Under the pieces are notes generated by a model, which did no database searches, had not been told where the DNA came from, and worked only from the letters and a program-made list of their open reading frames with translations. A stretch of DNA of 64,000 nt from contig OX597820.1 of the NCBI GenBank assembly GCA_951406725.2, positions 12,896,001 through 12,960,000 on the forward strand. Reading direction: 5' to 3'. This DNA is from Octopus vulgaris (Eukaryota). Shown one piece after another: positions 50,621 through 63,772 of the stretch (position 1 is the first letter of the stretch; each line of letters opens with the position of its first letter). The position numbers and the translations under genes are program-made.

Positions 50621-51507
50621 CAGGCTGTCCTTAAAGTCTCTTTACAATTTAAAAAGATATTACAAAAGCAGTTGACGAGATATTTTAACCAGATTTGTTT
50701 TATTTTAATAATTGTTTATTAAAGTTTTTATTGATATTAAATTTGTGTGTCTCAGATACTCTGTTGATGGAAGGGAACTGATTCGCTGAATCCCTATACC
50801 CCTCATGAAAAGGCACAATGTGTATCCTGGTTTATTGAGACAAAATCGGATGTTCAGACAATGTGAGAATCTGGGGACCAGAATACCCCCATGTGATTAG
50901 GGGGCTTCAACGGGATAGTCCTAAAGTGAATGTGTGGTGTGGAAACATGTGCAATTGAATAATTGGTCCATTTTTCTTCAACGAGGCAACAATTACTGCA
51001 GATGTTTACCTCGACCTTCTGACAGAATATGTGTCACCACAACTGATTGATTTACAACCATCATTTTCCAGCAAGATGGTGCACCACCACATTGGGGATG
51101 GCATGTTCGTCAGTTCCTCAATCAAACATTTCCAGACGAATGGATTGGAAGAGATGGGCCAATTCCATTGCGACTGCGTTCACCAGATGTCACTCCCTTG
51201 GACTTCTTCTTATGGGGTTATGTAAAAGATACCGTGTATAAAACAAAGATACGAGACAATGCTGACTTGAAGCAAAGGATTCGTAATGCCATTGATGAGG
51301 CTATCCTACAGCAAACATGGCAAAAAAATCGAGTAGTGTCTTGATGTGCTTCGCGCAACTAATGGTGCCCATATTGAGGTTTATTAAATAAGAGTTAAAA
51401 AACTTTAATAAACAATTATTACAATAAAACAAATCTGGTTCAGATATCTTGTCAACTGCCTTTGTAATAAAATTTTAAAATTGTAAAGAGACTTTATGGA
51501 TACCCTG
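50621..51507 (+). mobile_element. rosa-type (DD41D) Tc1/mariner element, internally deleted
   Basis: TA TSD; ~110-bp TIRs CAGGCTGTCCTTAAAGTCTCTTTACAATTT / AAATTGTAAAGAGACTTTATGGATACCCTG; FQQDGAPPH...SPDVTPLDFFLWGYVKD with 41 residues between the catalytic Asp residues; stops and frameshifts present. Confidence 0.9.
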
Positions 51508-51515
51508 TATATATA

Positions 51516-51738
51516 TAAACTTAGATAAACTTAGATATGTTTCTACCAATGATTGGTCCAGGCCATGTCTAACTTAATAGCACCACCTGATAGGATTATT
51601 TGAATCCTGTTTAAGTCAAGTTTTGTTTATGGTCCATTCAAGTAGTGAGTTTTTGTTGGGTGAGTTGTATCCAATTATCGGTGGCTTATCCGGTATTCCT
51701 TGAAGGAATCTATCAAGGCTCCGTTTAAAGTTGATGGG

Positions 51739-51742
<4 letters not shown>
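51516..51742 (-). mobile_element. 3' end of a CR1/L2-group LINE
   Basis: NPINFKRSLDRFLQGIPDKPPIIGYNSPNKNSLLEWTINKT*, a short UTR, and a tandem (AAGTTTATCT)-type tail. Confidence 0.7.
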
Positions 51743-51783
<41 letters not shown>

Positions 51784-51979
51784 CGTCATATGTAAACAAA
51801 CATAAGTTTGTTTTGAAGAGTTGAAATGTATTGTAGACCAAGTAGAAAGACAATTTTTTGCAACACATAAATACGGAACAGTATGTATAAAAATTATTTC
51901 GCTCTTAAAAGGATTTTATCCTTTATATATACAGTTCAGTATTTACGTGTCGAAAACAATTTATCTTTCTATTTGTTCC

Positions 51980-52031
<52 letters not shown>

Positions 52032-52067
52032 GTGTGTGTGTGTGTATAAATCTATAAACATATAGGC

Positions 52068-52103
<36 letters not shown>

Positions 52104-52125
52104 CATATATGAATACATATAAAAT

Positions 52126-52160
<35 letters not shown>

Positions 52161-52659
52161 GGAGAAAGGGGAGAGGGAGAGAGAGAATACGCATTAAGAT
52201 ATCAATCTGCTTTTGTTCGCCATAATTCTCTTCTCTGTTCCAACACCCCCAAGTAATAACAGCACGATTTGTTTCATCGTGTGAAATCTCTCCGCAATAA
52301 ATATTATGGTGGACCATGATAGATATGGGGACATTATTACTTTTATTACTCGTTTTCTTATAATGTTTTTTTTCTTATTAAATGTAAACATTAGCAATTG
52401 TTTATATAATGAACTTTTAGATTCCCTTAATTCACTTACAGCATCGTCAATTTCACTTATAAAACAATAAATGATAAATATGAAAACAGCGTGACAGACT
52501 TCTTTCTAAATACTGAACTGAACTACACAAAAGTATTCCCCAGGAGAGATTAATGTAATATTTAAGGCTTTATGGAGCTAGAATTATGAGTTAGATAATG
52601 GTAATTCACATTACAACAAATATCAATCAGAGACAATCAATAGAAAAAACAAAGATACA

Positions 52660-52846
52660 TACACGCATGTATATAAATGTACATACATACATACATATAT
52701 GTACATATATGTATATATATATATGTATACATATATATATATATACATATACATATATATATATATATTTATATATATATAAATATGTATATATATATGT
52801 ATATATATATGCGTATATATATACATACATATATATATATACATAC

Positions 52847-52877
<31 letters not shown>

Positions 52878-52904
52878 CATATGTATATATATATGCATAT
52901 ATAA

Positions 52905-52949
<45 letters not shown>

Positions 52950-53005
52950 CATATATATGCATGTATATATGAATATATGTATATAGTATATGTATGTATG
53001 AATGT
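52660..53005. repeat. (TA)/(TACA) compound microsatellite
   Basis: Seen directly. Confidence 0.95.
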
Positions 53006-53123
53006 ATATTGCATAAGAAATTATTCTACCTATTATGCATTATAATAACCCTTGAGATAGTGGAACATTTAACATTCGGTGAAATTATTCTGTTTACAAT
53101 GATGACGAATAATGATTCTGATA

Positions 53124-53124
53124 A

Positions 53125-53172
<48 letters not shown>

Positions 53173-53179
53173 CAAGATG

Positions 53180-53215
<36 letters not shown>

Positions 53216-53233
53216 GTAATAAAAATAGTAACA

Positions 53234-53288
<55 letters not shown>

Positions 53289-53353
53289 CAATATTAATAG
53301 TAATAGTAATAGTAATAATAATAATAATAACAACAATATTAATAGTAATAGTA

Positions 53354-53435
<82 letters not shown>

Positions 53436-53467
53436 TGATGAGGAGGAGGAGGAGGAAGATAATAATA
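53124..53467. repeat. (AAT)n microsatellite
   Basis: Seen directly; source of the poly-Ile ORFs. Confidence 0.95.
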
Positions 53468-53613
53468 GGTGTTCTCAGAGAGATTAAATGGCAACATGAA
53501 TGACGGTAAGAACCTGGGCTCATTTCCATTTATGCTAAAAATGTCATCAAGTCTAAAAATATTTTAGCAGAATTATTACTTCTCTAATCTTATTCCAGTG
53601 TATTTGAGGAACA

Positions 53614-53740
<127 letters not shown>

Positions 53741-53782
53741 GAAAAATAAAAGAAAATGTCTGCCCCGTATATATATATAAAT

Positions 53783-53831
<49 letters not shown>

Positions 53832-54069
53832 CATATGAAAAATAAAAGAAAATGTCTGCCCCGTATTATAACAATACATATATAAATATATATGTGTGTG
53901 TGCGTGTGTATGTGTGTTTGTGTGTGTGTGTGTATATATATAAGCGCATATAATCGAATATATCTATATATTTGCAGATGATGTACACACCCACAGAAAA
54001 CGTACATGTGCGTACTATCACACGCACACATGCACATATATATATATGTATATAGTTATAAAAACATAC

Positions 54070-54100
<31 letters not shown>

Positions 54101-54784
54101 ACTTCGGCTGGTGCAGTAAACACGTTCTTTGTAGTCTAGAGATCTTTGAAAATAATGGCTGTGTTAATCATAAACTGTCTGTCTATAATTTTATATTAGG
54201 ATGAGAGTATGTGATGTTGATGGTTATGAAAAATGTCTGGCTAGTGTGTTTGACCGCTCTGTTATTGGTGATATTTTAGAATCGCAAATATTAGCCAGAA
54301 AATATTAGCCGAACTACGCGCTTTCTAAATGATAACGTCTATATTAATAGAACAGAAAATTCCACGAGCTGATCAAATGAATGTCAACGGACTCCAGTTG
54401 CTAGCAATCTTAACTAGAATGAATTTCAGATTGAAAGTGAATTTGGGCAAGAATGAAGTCAATTTACATTATACCAAAACTTTTGCTGATTAAAAATATG
54501 TGTGTACAAATAGTCAATGGGCAATCGTCGAAAAATTAAATGGTTTTCAAATTAACATAATGTGACAAGTTTAAGCTAGTGCGTAACAAGGTCTAAGGAC
54601 GCAAAGCTGTGCTGGAGGTGGAGTGAAAACTAACAGAAAAACCGGTGTCTATCTCTCTTCTGTTGGTAGTTCTCCGATGCAAAGATAACAAAGCACAATT
54701 TAACTGAAAAACCGGAATTCTTTCGATACAAACTCTTGTGATGTCGGAGCGGAAATTACCAAAGGGACAAAACGGAGTCAAATA

Positions 54785-55148
54785 GTATCAGTCTGAATAA
54801 AAAGTAAGCATCGTTTTGAAACATAAAATTCATCATAATATATTTCGACAATGCGGAAATTTTATTCATCAAATTTAGTACCATTACAATCAACTCATTT
54901 TTGTCAAGGAGTTACAAGTTTGTTTATTCCAGTAACATACAAATCCGGAGTTCTGGAGCTGATGAACTCTTTGAACGCACTTTTAGCATCGGTTTTGATT
55001 TTTTCAAACTCCTTCTCTCACAGGAAACCATCAAGGTGCTTGAAAAAGTGGTAGTCGGTAGCAGAAATGGCTAGGGAATAAGTTGGGTAGGGAAGAACTT
55101 CGTAACCACGTTTCCTCAACTTTTGGAGCGTCATTAGTGAAACATATG
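54785..55148 (-). mobile_element. mariner transposase C-terminal relic
   Basis: TLQKLRKRGYEVLPYPTYSLAISATDYHFFKHLDGFL...EFISSRTPDLYVTGINKLV...CNGTKFDE*. Confidence 0.8.
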
Positions 55149-55174
55149 GGTTCATTCATTCGCAACAAACTCGC

Positions 55175-56530
55175 TACAGCCTTCCATCTTTTTTCTTATG
55201 CATCAGATGACAGACATTTTCTCTCTACACTTATTCTCCTCCTAAGATGTTAGATGAGGTAATTGGCCGGTCCAAGGCTGGAGATGAATGCGCCTGTCAC
55301 GATTCCTTTCACCCGGGTCTTCCATATCACTTCTTCCGTTATAGCAACAACAGCGAGAAAACGAGCCTTGTTTCTTTGTTAAAAAAGGCAGAGGAACAAT
55401 CTTTACAATCGACTCGGAAGACTGTTGTACTCTTCCCAGCCATGAAAACAGATGTTCAACGTAAACCTACATCTCTACATCTCAGGGATTTGGGGGCATT
55501 GCACAATTGCGTACAGAATGGTTTCCTTGTCTTGCTCGCATCTTGGTCACCTGGGTGAACAAGTGGTACCATGTCTTGCGAGTTTATCGCAAACTGGTAA
55601 GTCTCCTCGGTAACACTGCCAGGCTAGGGATCTGTGGAAGTTATCGAAGGGTCCTGGTTCGAATGTCTTTCGGGTCAGACTGGCTAGTTCATCCTCATCG
55701 AAGCCGAGATTCTCCTCCAGGACGTAGTTACATTTAGCCTCCACCAACCCTCTATAGAAAGACGAGGTGGAAGCCCCGCCGCTAGTGCTGCCCGTGTGAG
55801 AGAGAGGTTTGGGTGTCTGATGACACTCCACTTGCCAAGAACCCAACTTTGGTCTACACTTGAGCCAAGGTCCTAGTTCACTCAAAATAGTAAACCCAGG
55901 AAGTAACGACGCGCGTCTTCCCAGATACATGGGTAGAAGGATTACCTTTTCCGTCTTGAGGGGAGTAAAGTCATGCTACCTGGCCACAGCCTCAGGCGCA
56001 AACCGCACCTCCACCGTTGTGAACTTTCTCCCTCTAGCTAGGTAATCCAGCTCTTTCTAAATGGGTTGCAGGGCCCTTTCCCCTTCAGCTCTCATAACCT
56101 CCTCTATCCGATACAGTATTACGTTGTATATTCTATACAACACTGTTCTTTTGGCTGCCCTTTCCGTAGTTTCCCTGAGAGGGGATATATTGATATTATT
56201 TACCTCCCTATTCATCATTTCTTGGAATCTTTCAATTCCCTCCAAACACATTTTTAGACTGCCGTCTCACCGCCTCTGCGAAATTCCACCTTTCCGTCTC
56301 TCAATCTATTTCGTTTAGACATCTCATCAGCTCGTTCTCAGACGACGACGGGTCTGAGTAGCTAGTTCTCTCCATTTTAACAGCGCTTCCTCTTCAAAAA
56401 AAGGAGGACAACGTCAAGAAAACTGCTGTAAGACAGCAAAACCAGGTGTCTTAAGACACTGCAGTTAATAGCAAATACAACTTTAACTAGACTTTCGCAC
56501 AAACAAAGCTGACGATCAACTCGGCCACAG
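55175..56530 (-). mobile_element. Internally deleted L1/Tx1-like LINE: ORF1 N-terminus joined to ORF2 C-terminal zinc finger
   Basis: RTVLYRIY...LDYLARGRKFTTVEVRF...PLKTEKVILLPMYLGRR is homologous to the ORF1 at 63 kb; it continues into SLAWQCYRGDLPVCDKLARHG..*PRCEQDKETILYAIVQCP (zf-RVT-like). Confidence 0.75.
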
Positions 56531-56579
56531 ATGATTGCAACAACGATTGAAAAAATATCGATGTTACTTTATTGATGCA

Positions 56580-56969
56580 CTAGCAGTATTGCCCTGCGTT
56601 GCTCGGGTTTGTTTCGATCCTTTAGAATTGGAAATTTTGAAAAGTAAAACTTTTGCATTATGTATCTTGTTATTCTCTTTAATTGAACATTTTTCTGGTT
56701 GAAATACACCGACAAATGGCGACACAGCAGTCAAAAAATCGTAAAAAATAGGGATTTTCATAGGAAAAAAGCACCTTTTTGATGTAAATAATTGTTGGTG
56801 TTAACATGGTCCGATTTGAATTTTATCTTCTACGGAAGGAAAAGCAAGCCTTCTTCTCATACTCTCAATTTTGGTCAACTTGCACCGCAGGGTCTCGGAG
56901 GAGATAGTGTTAGTTGAAGGCTACCAAACCTGCCATACACAAACAACTTCAGCTTTATATAGAGAGAGA
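56580..56969 (-). mobile_element. Non-autonomous Helitron, family H1
   Basis: A|TC 5' end, CCCGAGCAACGCAGGG hairpin, CTAG|T; collinear with 28965-29365. Confidence 0.85.
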
Positions 56970-57931
56970 TTTGGGCAAGTTTATGTCTGTATTATGAAAC
57001 AATTGCAATTTTTTTTTTTTAATATTCAAAACTGCAAAAATCCACTACAAGCTCTCCATGGTTCAAAACGCTGCTTACTGTTTACTCAACCTGATATTTT
57101 GGAGATAGAATGACAGTGAGCAGTATGGGAAATGAATTTTCCTATGTTCCATACTCGGACAACTCTTGTATGTTATTCTCCAGCGAATCCTTTTGTTTTT
57201 ATATGACAAGAAATTGCTTGTCTCACACTGTACCGACGTTTTCGGTTACCCCTGGCTGTCAGTAATGGAGCAGTGATAGAATGATTGTTTATAATTCGCA
57301 AACATGAACTGCTGTTGTTTGTGAAGAACTTTTATGGTATTTATGGTAAAAAGCGCTAAACTTCAATGGGGAACATTCTCGGAGTGTTTAAGTGGCTCCT
57401 TTTTGGCCAGCAAGCTGTCAGTTGGAGTTGAAACAATTCTTGTTTCATAAAAAAATATTTCTGCATATTTCTGCATTTCTGATTGCCCAAATTGGCCAAT
57501 TTCTCCCCAGTCTAAGATTTGGCGATAAAACTATGTAAATAAAACACAAAGCCACAAATTAATGAATAACTTAATTAGCGCTGTTTGTCGACAAAATTCA
57601 CTTGCGTCAAATAGGCAAAGAAGTATCTAAACAAAAAGAAACAATGTAATGCTTTTTATTGAACACTACTACGTCCACCACCCACACACACACGCACGTG
57701 CACAAACATATGCATGTATGCATACATATACCAATTTCATATATACATAAACATTCACATACATAAATACATACATATATATATTTCTGATTCATATTCT
57801 ATTTTCAGTTATCTCTGTCTTCCTTTCTTTCTCCCTCACCTCCCTTCCTTCCATTTTATTAGTTAGCTCTGCGTGTGTGTGTGTTTGCAGGTATGAATGT
57901 GTACGTACGCCGCTATATGTATATATTAAAA

Positions 57932-58141
57932 AAATGGAAGGACAGGCGACAACAAAATATCCGGACAGTGGCCTGTCAGATTGGAGCAGTATCGAGTGTA
58001 AGCGGCCAAAACTGCAGGGATGATCTGGAACTCAACTGACGATACAAAGCTCTGAATAACCCGTCCTTGTTTTTTCTTGTCCTTCTTTGTATCGTCTAAC
58101 TGTCCGGATGTTTTGTTGTCGCCTGTTGTCTTGTTCCATTT
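57932..58141. repeat. Short fold-back element
   Basis: 28-bp arms 57942-57969 and 58099-58126 (one mismatch), inner 12-bp arms GACGATACAAAG/CTTTGTATCGTC, outer AAATGGAA/TTCCATTT. Confidence 0.75.
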
Positions 58142-58157
58142 ACATATATATATGTGG

Positions 58158-58542
58158 GTGTGTGGTAAGTAGCTAGCTAACCAACCACATGGTTCCTGGT
58201 TCAGTCCCATTGCGTGGCATCTTGGGCAAGTGTCTTCTGCTATAACCCCGGGCCGACCAATGCCTTGTGAGTGGATTTGGTAGACGGAAACTGAAAGAAG
58301 CCTGTCGTATATATGTATATATATATATATGTGTATGTGTGTGTGTCTGTGTTTGTCCCCCTAGCATTGCTTGACAACCGATGCTGGTGTGTTTATGTCC
58401 CCGTTACTTAGCGGTTCAGCAAAAGAGACCGATAGAATAAGTACTGGGCTTACAAAAGAATAAGTCCCGGGGTCGAGTTGCTCGATTAAAGGTGGTGCTC
58501 CAGCATGGCCACAGTCAAATGACTGAAACATGTAAAAGAGTA
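58158..58542 (+). mobile_element. SINE family A
   Basis: Near-identical to the other young copies; slightly 5'-truncated. Confidence 0.92.
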
Positions 58543-59521
58543 ATATATATATATACAAAAGAAACGAGAAAAAATGAGAGTCAGCACATTTGATGGGAGT
58601 TATATTTTATATTATTATTTAAGAACTGTTTGGTTTAGCTGCATGCAACATATATTTTCGTTGGCTTGTCAACCGAACTTAGCTCGTCACGCTTAGGCGA
58701 CTGAATGGAAGAATGGCGAAAGTTGAAAACGGTTACTGGAGTCATGTCTATAAATTTTACGTGTATATGTGTATGTATGTATGTGTGTATGTATGCGTGT
58801 GTATTTGTGTGTGCATTTGTGTGTTGTGTATATGTATGTGCATATAATAAAAGAACATCAAAGACTGGAGTTAGCTAACAGTTTTTAATGTTTTGTGTAC
58901 ATATGTTTCATTGGCCTCAGTTAACCAGTCTTGCATAACGCCATTTCTATTTTAACAACTACTCGTCTAGTTCATATACTGTAGAGATCTTCTTTAACAG
59001 TCCATACAGAAGTTAACGTGTCCGAACATGACAACAAGCATCAAGTTGATTACTACGAATTGTCTTCTTGCTTGTCATGTTCGGACCGTTTATCTTCGGT
59101 GTGGATTGTTAAGGAAGATCCCCGTAATACAAGGTAGTCCAGAAGTTATTAACAGGCACATGACAATATGAAAGACTGGGTTACTGAAACTATGAAACAT
59201 GTGTAAAGTAAACACTAAACGGAATTAGCTTAATCAATCCTTTGATGTTCTTTCATTATATATGGTCTACGGATGTTTTGTGGATTTTCGGGTAACTGGT
59301 GCCGATGAGTCCTATTGCACATCCCCGCCTATTAATTTTCGGGTAGCCATCATCCTTGCGAGACCTTCATGAACTTTCGGGTAGCCATCATCCGTGCGAG
59401 GCCTTCATGAACTAGACTCCTGGATTACACATCCAAATTCATCGACTATACATATATATGTATGTAAATATGTGTGCGTGTGTGTGAGGATGCGTGGCGT
59501 TCAATCATATAATAATATAAA

Positions 59522-59523
<2 letters not shown>

Positions 59524-59566
<43 letters not shown>

Positions 59567-59675
59567 AGTATATGTACATACTGACATCCATATATATATA
59601 TATATACATAAGTATATGTACATACTGACATCCATATATATATATATATACATAAGTATATGTACATACTGACAT

Positions 59676-59740
<65 letters not shown>

Positions 59741-59765
59741 TACATATATACATATACATATATAT
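59524..59765. repeat. Minisatellite: 3 x CATAAGTATATGTACATACTGACATCCA in (TA)n
   Basis: Three identical cores separated by variable (TA)n. Confidence 0.9.
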
Positions 59766-60382
59766 TATAAAATTTTTATCCTTTGCCGCTTCTCCGTATT
59801 GACTGTATTTGACTAAGGACCGGGAACGAAAGAATCCGCTTGGCGTCTAACAGAGGCTCGTGTTTAAACAACAAGTAGTATTATTTATTCCAGTCGACAG
59901 GATTCACACAGTGAGGGGGGGGGGAACAATCACAATCAACTTTGTATCGATAAATCTATCTCAATGTCTACTACCCTCACTCTCTACTTTCTTTTCTTAT
60001 GCGTACTTGCGTATATAGGTGCGTAAATGTATTTCTAGACAAACGTGGCGTATGAGTGTATTTTCTATGGAAGAAAACTGCAAATAAATGCTCATAATCT
60101 GGGAGCGAAAGGAGAATTAATGGCTTTGATATAATACAAACATTTGGCTGTAAGATTGAATCTTATTCAATCAGGATTCAGCTCTCCTATTAGTTATTCT
60201 GTTATTTATCATTAATAAATGTAGCAAACGTTAATGTAATAATATCGTTCATCACACTTTAGATGCCGGCTTTTGTTGCATTCTTTCCTTTTGCTACTTA
60301 AACAGCAAGCATGCATACATTATAATATATTCATATAGATATACATTCATATGCAATACGCGCACACGCACACACGCGTACA

Positions 60383-60427
<45 letters not shown>

Positions 60428-60568
60428 CAAAGACATCACAAAACTGTTATTCAAAGTTTCACGTTTCCGTTGGTTGGACAGTTTTGGTTTATATATTTAT
60501 ACATATGCATATCTGTATCATATGCATACATACATGTACATGTGCCCGTGTATATATGTGTATGTATA

Positions 60569-60620
<52 letters not shown>

Positions 60621-61019
60621 TATATATGTGAGTGTGTACATATATATATATTATATTTTATATGTGTGTGTATGGTGTGTGTGTGTGTGGTGTTTGTGTA
60701 GTGATCTTGTTTATGCCTAAACTGAAATAGAATACAACATTTATCGGAAAAAAAATTTGAACATATAAAGGATAAAATCTGCCATAATGTTGGAGTCGTA
60801 TATATTTGTTGTATAAATTATTCAGAGCAAGAAAACATCGTCTTTGATAGTTCGCATGCCTTCATTGTGCGGGTTATCACATGATTTTATATATTTATCA
60901 TTGATAAATGTTCTCTGTAAGCATGCAGTGCAAACGATATATCATATAAATAATAAACATTAGGACATACGTAAATAAAATTATATATACATACTATATA
61001 AATACAATTTTATATCGAA

Positions 61020-61060
61020 CTAGCAGAAATATCCGGTGTTGCTCTGGTTAAAATGAGTAA
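61020..61060 (-). mobile_element. Helitron 3'-terminal fragment
   Basis: ACTAGCAGAAATATCCGGTGTTGCTCTGGTT resembles the H1/H2 3' hairpin plus CTAG. Confidence 0.5.
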
Positions 61061-61209
61061 CGAAATTTTAAAATACCGTCTAGATTACGCGGGTCTCAAC
61101 TGCTAGTAGCTTAAATATTAACTTTTGTACATTAATAACTGTCCAACCTATGCCAGCATGGAGCAGAGACGTTAAGTGACGTAATAAAAAAAGTTTTCAA
61201 CTCATATAT

Positions 61210-61601
61210 TACTCTTTTACTCTTTTACTTGTTTCAGTCATTTGACTGAGGCCATGCTGGAACACCGCCTTTAGTCGAGCAAATCGACCCCGGGGCTTAT
61301 TCTTTGTAAGCCCAGTACTTATTCTATCGGTCTCTTTTGCCGAACCGCTAAGTAACGGGGACGTAAACACACCAGCATCGGTTGTCAAGCAATGCTAGGG
61401 GGACAAACACAGACGCACAAACATATACACACACACTTATATATATATATATACATATATACGACAGGCTTCTTTCAGTTTCCGTCTACCAAATCCACTC
61501 ACAAGGCATTGGTCGGCCCGGAGCTATAGCAGAAGACACTTGCCCAAGATGCCACGCAGTGGACTGAACCCGGAACCATGTGGTTGGTTAGCAAGCTACT
61601 T
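61210..61601 (-). mobile_element. SINE family A body, split by an insertion; head resumes at 63773-63810
   Basis: Stops at GTTAGCAAGCTACTT and resumes GTTAGCAAAGCTACTTACCACACAGCCACTCCTGCGCC at 63773. Confidence 0.92.
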
Positions 61602-63772
61602 TATTTCAAAACATTTGCCATAAAGGCAGTACACAGATTAAGTTAGCTTTGCGGGCTGGACGAGGACATTAATGAGGTGAATGATAATGAAAGATGATGA
61701 TAAGGATGGGAGAAGACAGAAAGCGCCCGCCGACTTTTGCTTCTCTAAAACATTGTTCTTTTTAAAAAGATAAACACAAAACGAGGTATTAATCCTCTTA
61801 CAATTTTTCAATTTTTGGACTTAAGTCCATTACTAATAATACATATCGTCCTCGAAATAGCTTGTGCCCGCGCCCTCCACCATCAACCACGCCTCCCTCA
61901 GAACGTAGTCAAGTTCCGAGTTCGCGTCGCCCGGGACCAAGTTATAATCTTCATTGAGCTCCTTTAGCCCTAGCGTCACGTCGAACGCCACGGCCTCCAC
62001 AGCTACCTGCGGAGGCCATTCGGGATCCTGTGTGAAGGCTAAAGGTGCTCCCTTGTAGTGCTCTTCCATCACTTTTTCAATTTCTCCTCCTCTATAGAAG
62101 AGGACCAATACATTCAGTTCTTTCGTTGGCGGCACAGTTTCCGCCAACGGTATTCCTTCTCTTGTCGGTGGCACAACCCCAACCGACGTAGTTCCGCGAC
62201 ATTCCGGTGCTACACTGACAGCCGGTAATGTCCCGTTTTTCTTCCTCTTTTTTTTTTTTTTTTCCCTTTTCAACTGAGGGAGGGTGCGTCTCCTCCGTGG
62301 CTGGAAGATTCGCCTTCCTCTCCTCATCCCTATTATCCTTTGGTGAGCACCCATTGTTGCTCACCTTCCTCTTTCGGCCTCTGTTTGAGGAGTCCTCTGC
62401 TTTCTCGGCCGTTATCGTTCCCTCTTCTAGAGGGGTTTTACTTAACTGTTCCGGGATCCTATTTTGTTCCCGAGGACAGTTCTTCTTTATGTGGCCGGAC
62501 TCCAAGCACCGATGACACTTAGGGGGGCGACCCTCAAGCATCACCGGGTACCTGCACCCGGCCATTTTAAAAAATCTGGAAGAACCAGATTGGCTGATTG
62601 GGTCCACAGGGTCAAAATTGCTTTTGACCCAACCCAAGCAGCCGCAGGAAGAACTTTTACATCGAGGAGCTTAGTTTCGCTGTCACCCAGACCCCGGCGG
62701 ATAGTCTCCTCTATCCACTCGGGTTCTATGTCGGGTGGCAGTCCGCAGATCCAAGCTTTCATCAATTTCTTTTTTTGTACGTAGGCAGGAATAAGATTTC
62801 CTTACTCTCCAAGGGTTTGCTAGCAAATTTGCAAGCCTCTTCAGGGGTGTCAAATAGCAACCACACCGTTGCATATTTGACACCCCTGAAATGAATTTAA
62901 TTGTTGGCAAATACTCTTCCAACTCCTTTTCAATTGCCGTCTTTTCGAATAAGGCGATGGTGTCAAGTGCTTTGGAGTAGATTCTCAACACCACCGTCCT
63001 ATCTTCACGGTCTTTTAACCACTTTTTAGGTGGTATGGTTTCCCACTCCAAAATTTTGTTATTTTTCATTGCCATGTTTGTTTTAAAATATATTCAAATT
63101 AAACTCAAAAGCAGGAAGAAAAAGTTCAAAAGTCCAAATAAAATTTGATAGATTTTTGAAAAAACAAAAAGGAGAAAGCACAACAGAAGGGAAGAAATTA
63201 ACGGAAAGTCGCAATAAAGAAAAAAAAACAAAAGGGGGGATTAAATGAAGTTCAAAAGAAAGTTAATAACAGAAAAAACACAGCAAAAATATTCTGGCCT
63301 TGCGGTACTCCCGGCCTGGGTTGAACCTGGAACGCCGCAACTGCAACACAACCTCCACAAAAATGGGTCCGAAAGGTAATCCAATAGTGGCTTATTTTTA
63401 TAATTTTCTTGCGAAGTACTCTGACAAGGGAATAAATTCAACAAACCCAAACACAGCACTGGCTACCGCTAACGGTAATTTTAACAGTAACTGTATTGAA
63501 TTCTGAGGATACGCCCCTCCACTGTTTTTTCTTTTTTTTTTCAATGAACACAAAAACGGCAGCCACCGAGAGCAGGCGAAATTGTCTCAGAGTTGGACAC
63601 AACCTACTGAAATAATAATTGGCACGCAATAAATTATGCCCAACTCACAATAAACAAAATCACTTACCTCGACAACTTTCCGTTTTTGGTCTTTTTTCTT
63701 TAATTGGACAGAGCTGATTGACTCGCGTCCACTCTGGCTGAACAGGAAGCAGCTGACTAATTGCGCATGTGC
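61602..63772 (-). mobile_element. ORF1-only (HAL1-like) non-autonomous L1/Tx1-related retroelement, full length with 15-bp TSD
   Basis: TSD at 61587-61601 and 63773-63788 (one extra A); ~700-bp 5' UTR, single ORF1, ~230-bp 3' UTR ending at an AATAAA at the junction; no endonuclease or RT sequence seen. Confidence 0.8.
61833..63075 (-). pseudogene. LINE ORF1/gag-like protein with CCHC zinc knuckle, ~410 aa after repairing 4 frameshifts
   Basis: MAMKNN...RTVVLRIY...(fs)RGVKYATVWLLF...LFLPTYKK(fs)MKAWICGLPPDIEPEW...(fs)KMAGCRYPVMLEGRPPKCHRCLESGHIKKNCP...(fs)...FEDDMYY**; CX2CX4HX4C knuckle; three shifts lie in homopolymer runs. Confidence 0.8.

Noticed and set aside
59524-59765. Repeat-spacer pattern superficially like CRISPR
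   Set aside because: Spacers are only (TA)n, the context is eukaryotic and there are no cas genes; it is a minisatellite.
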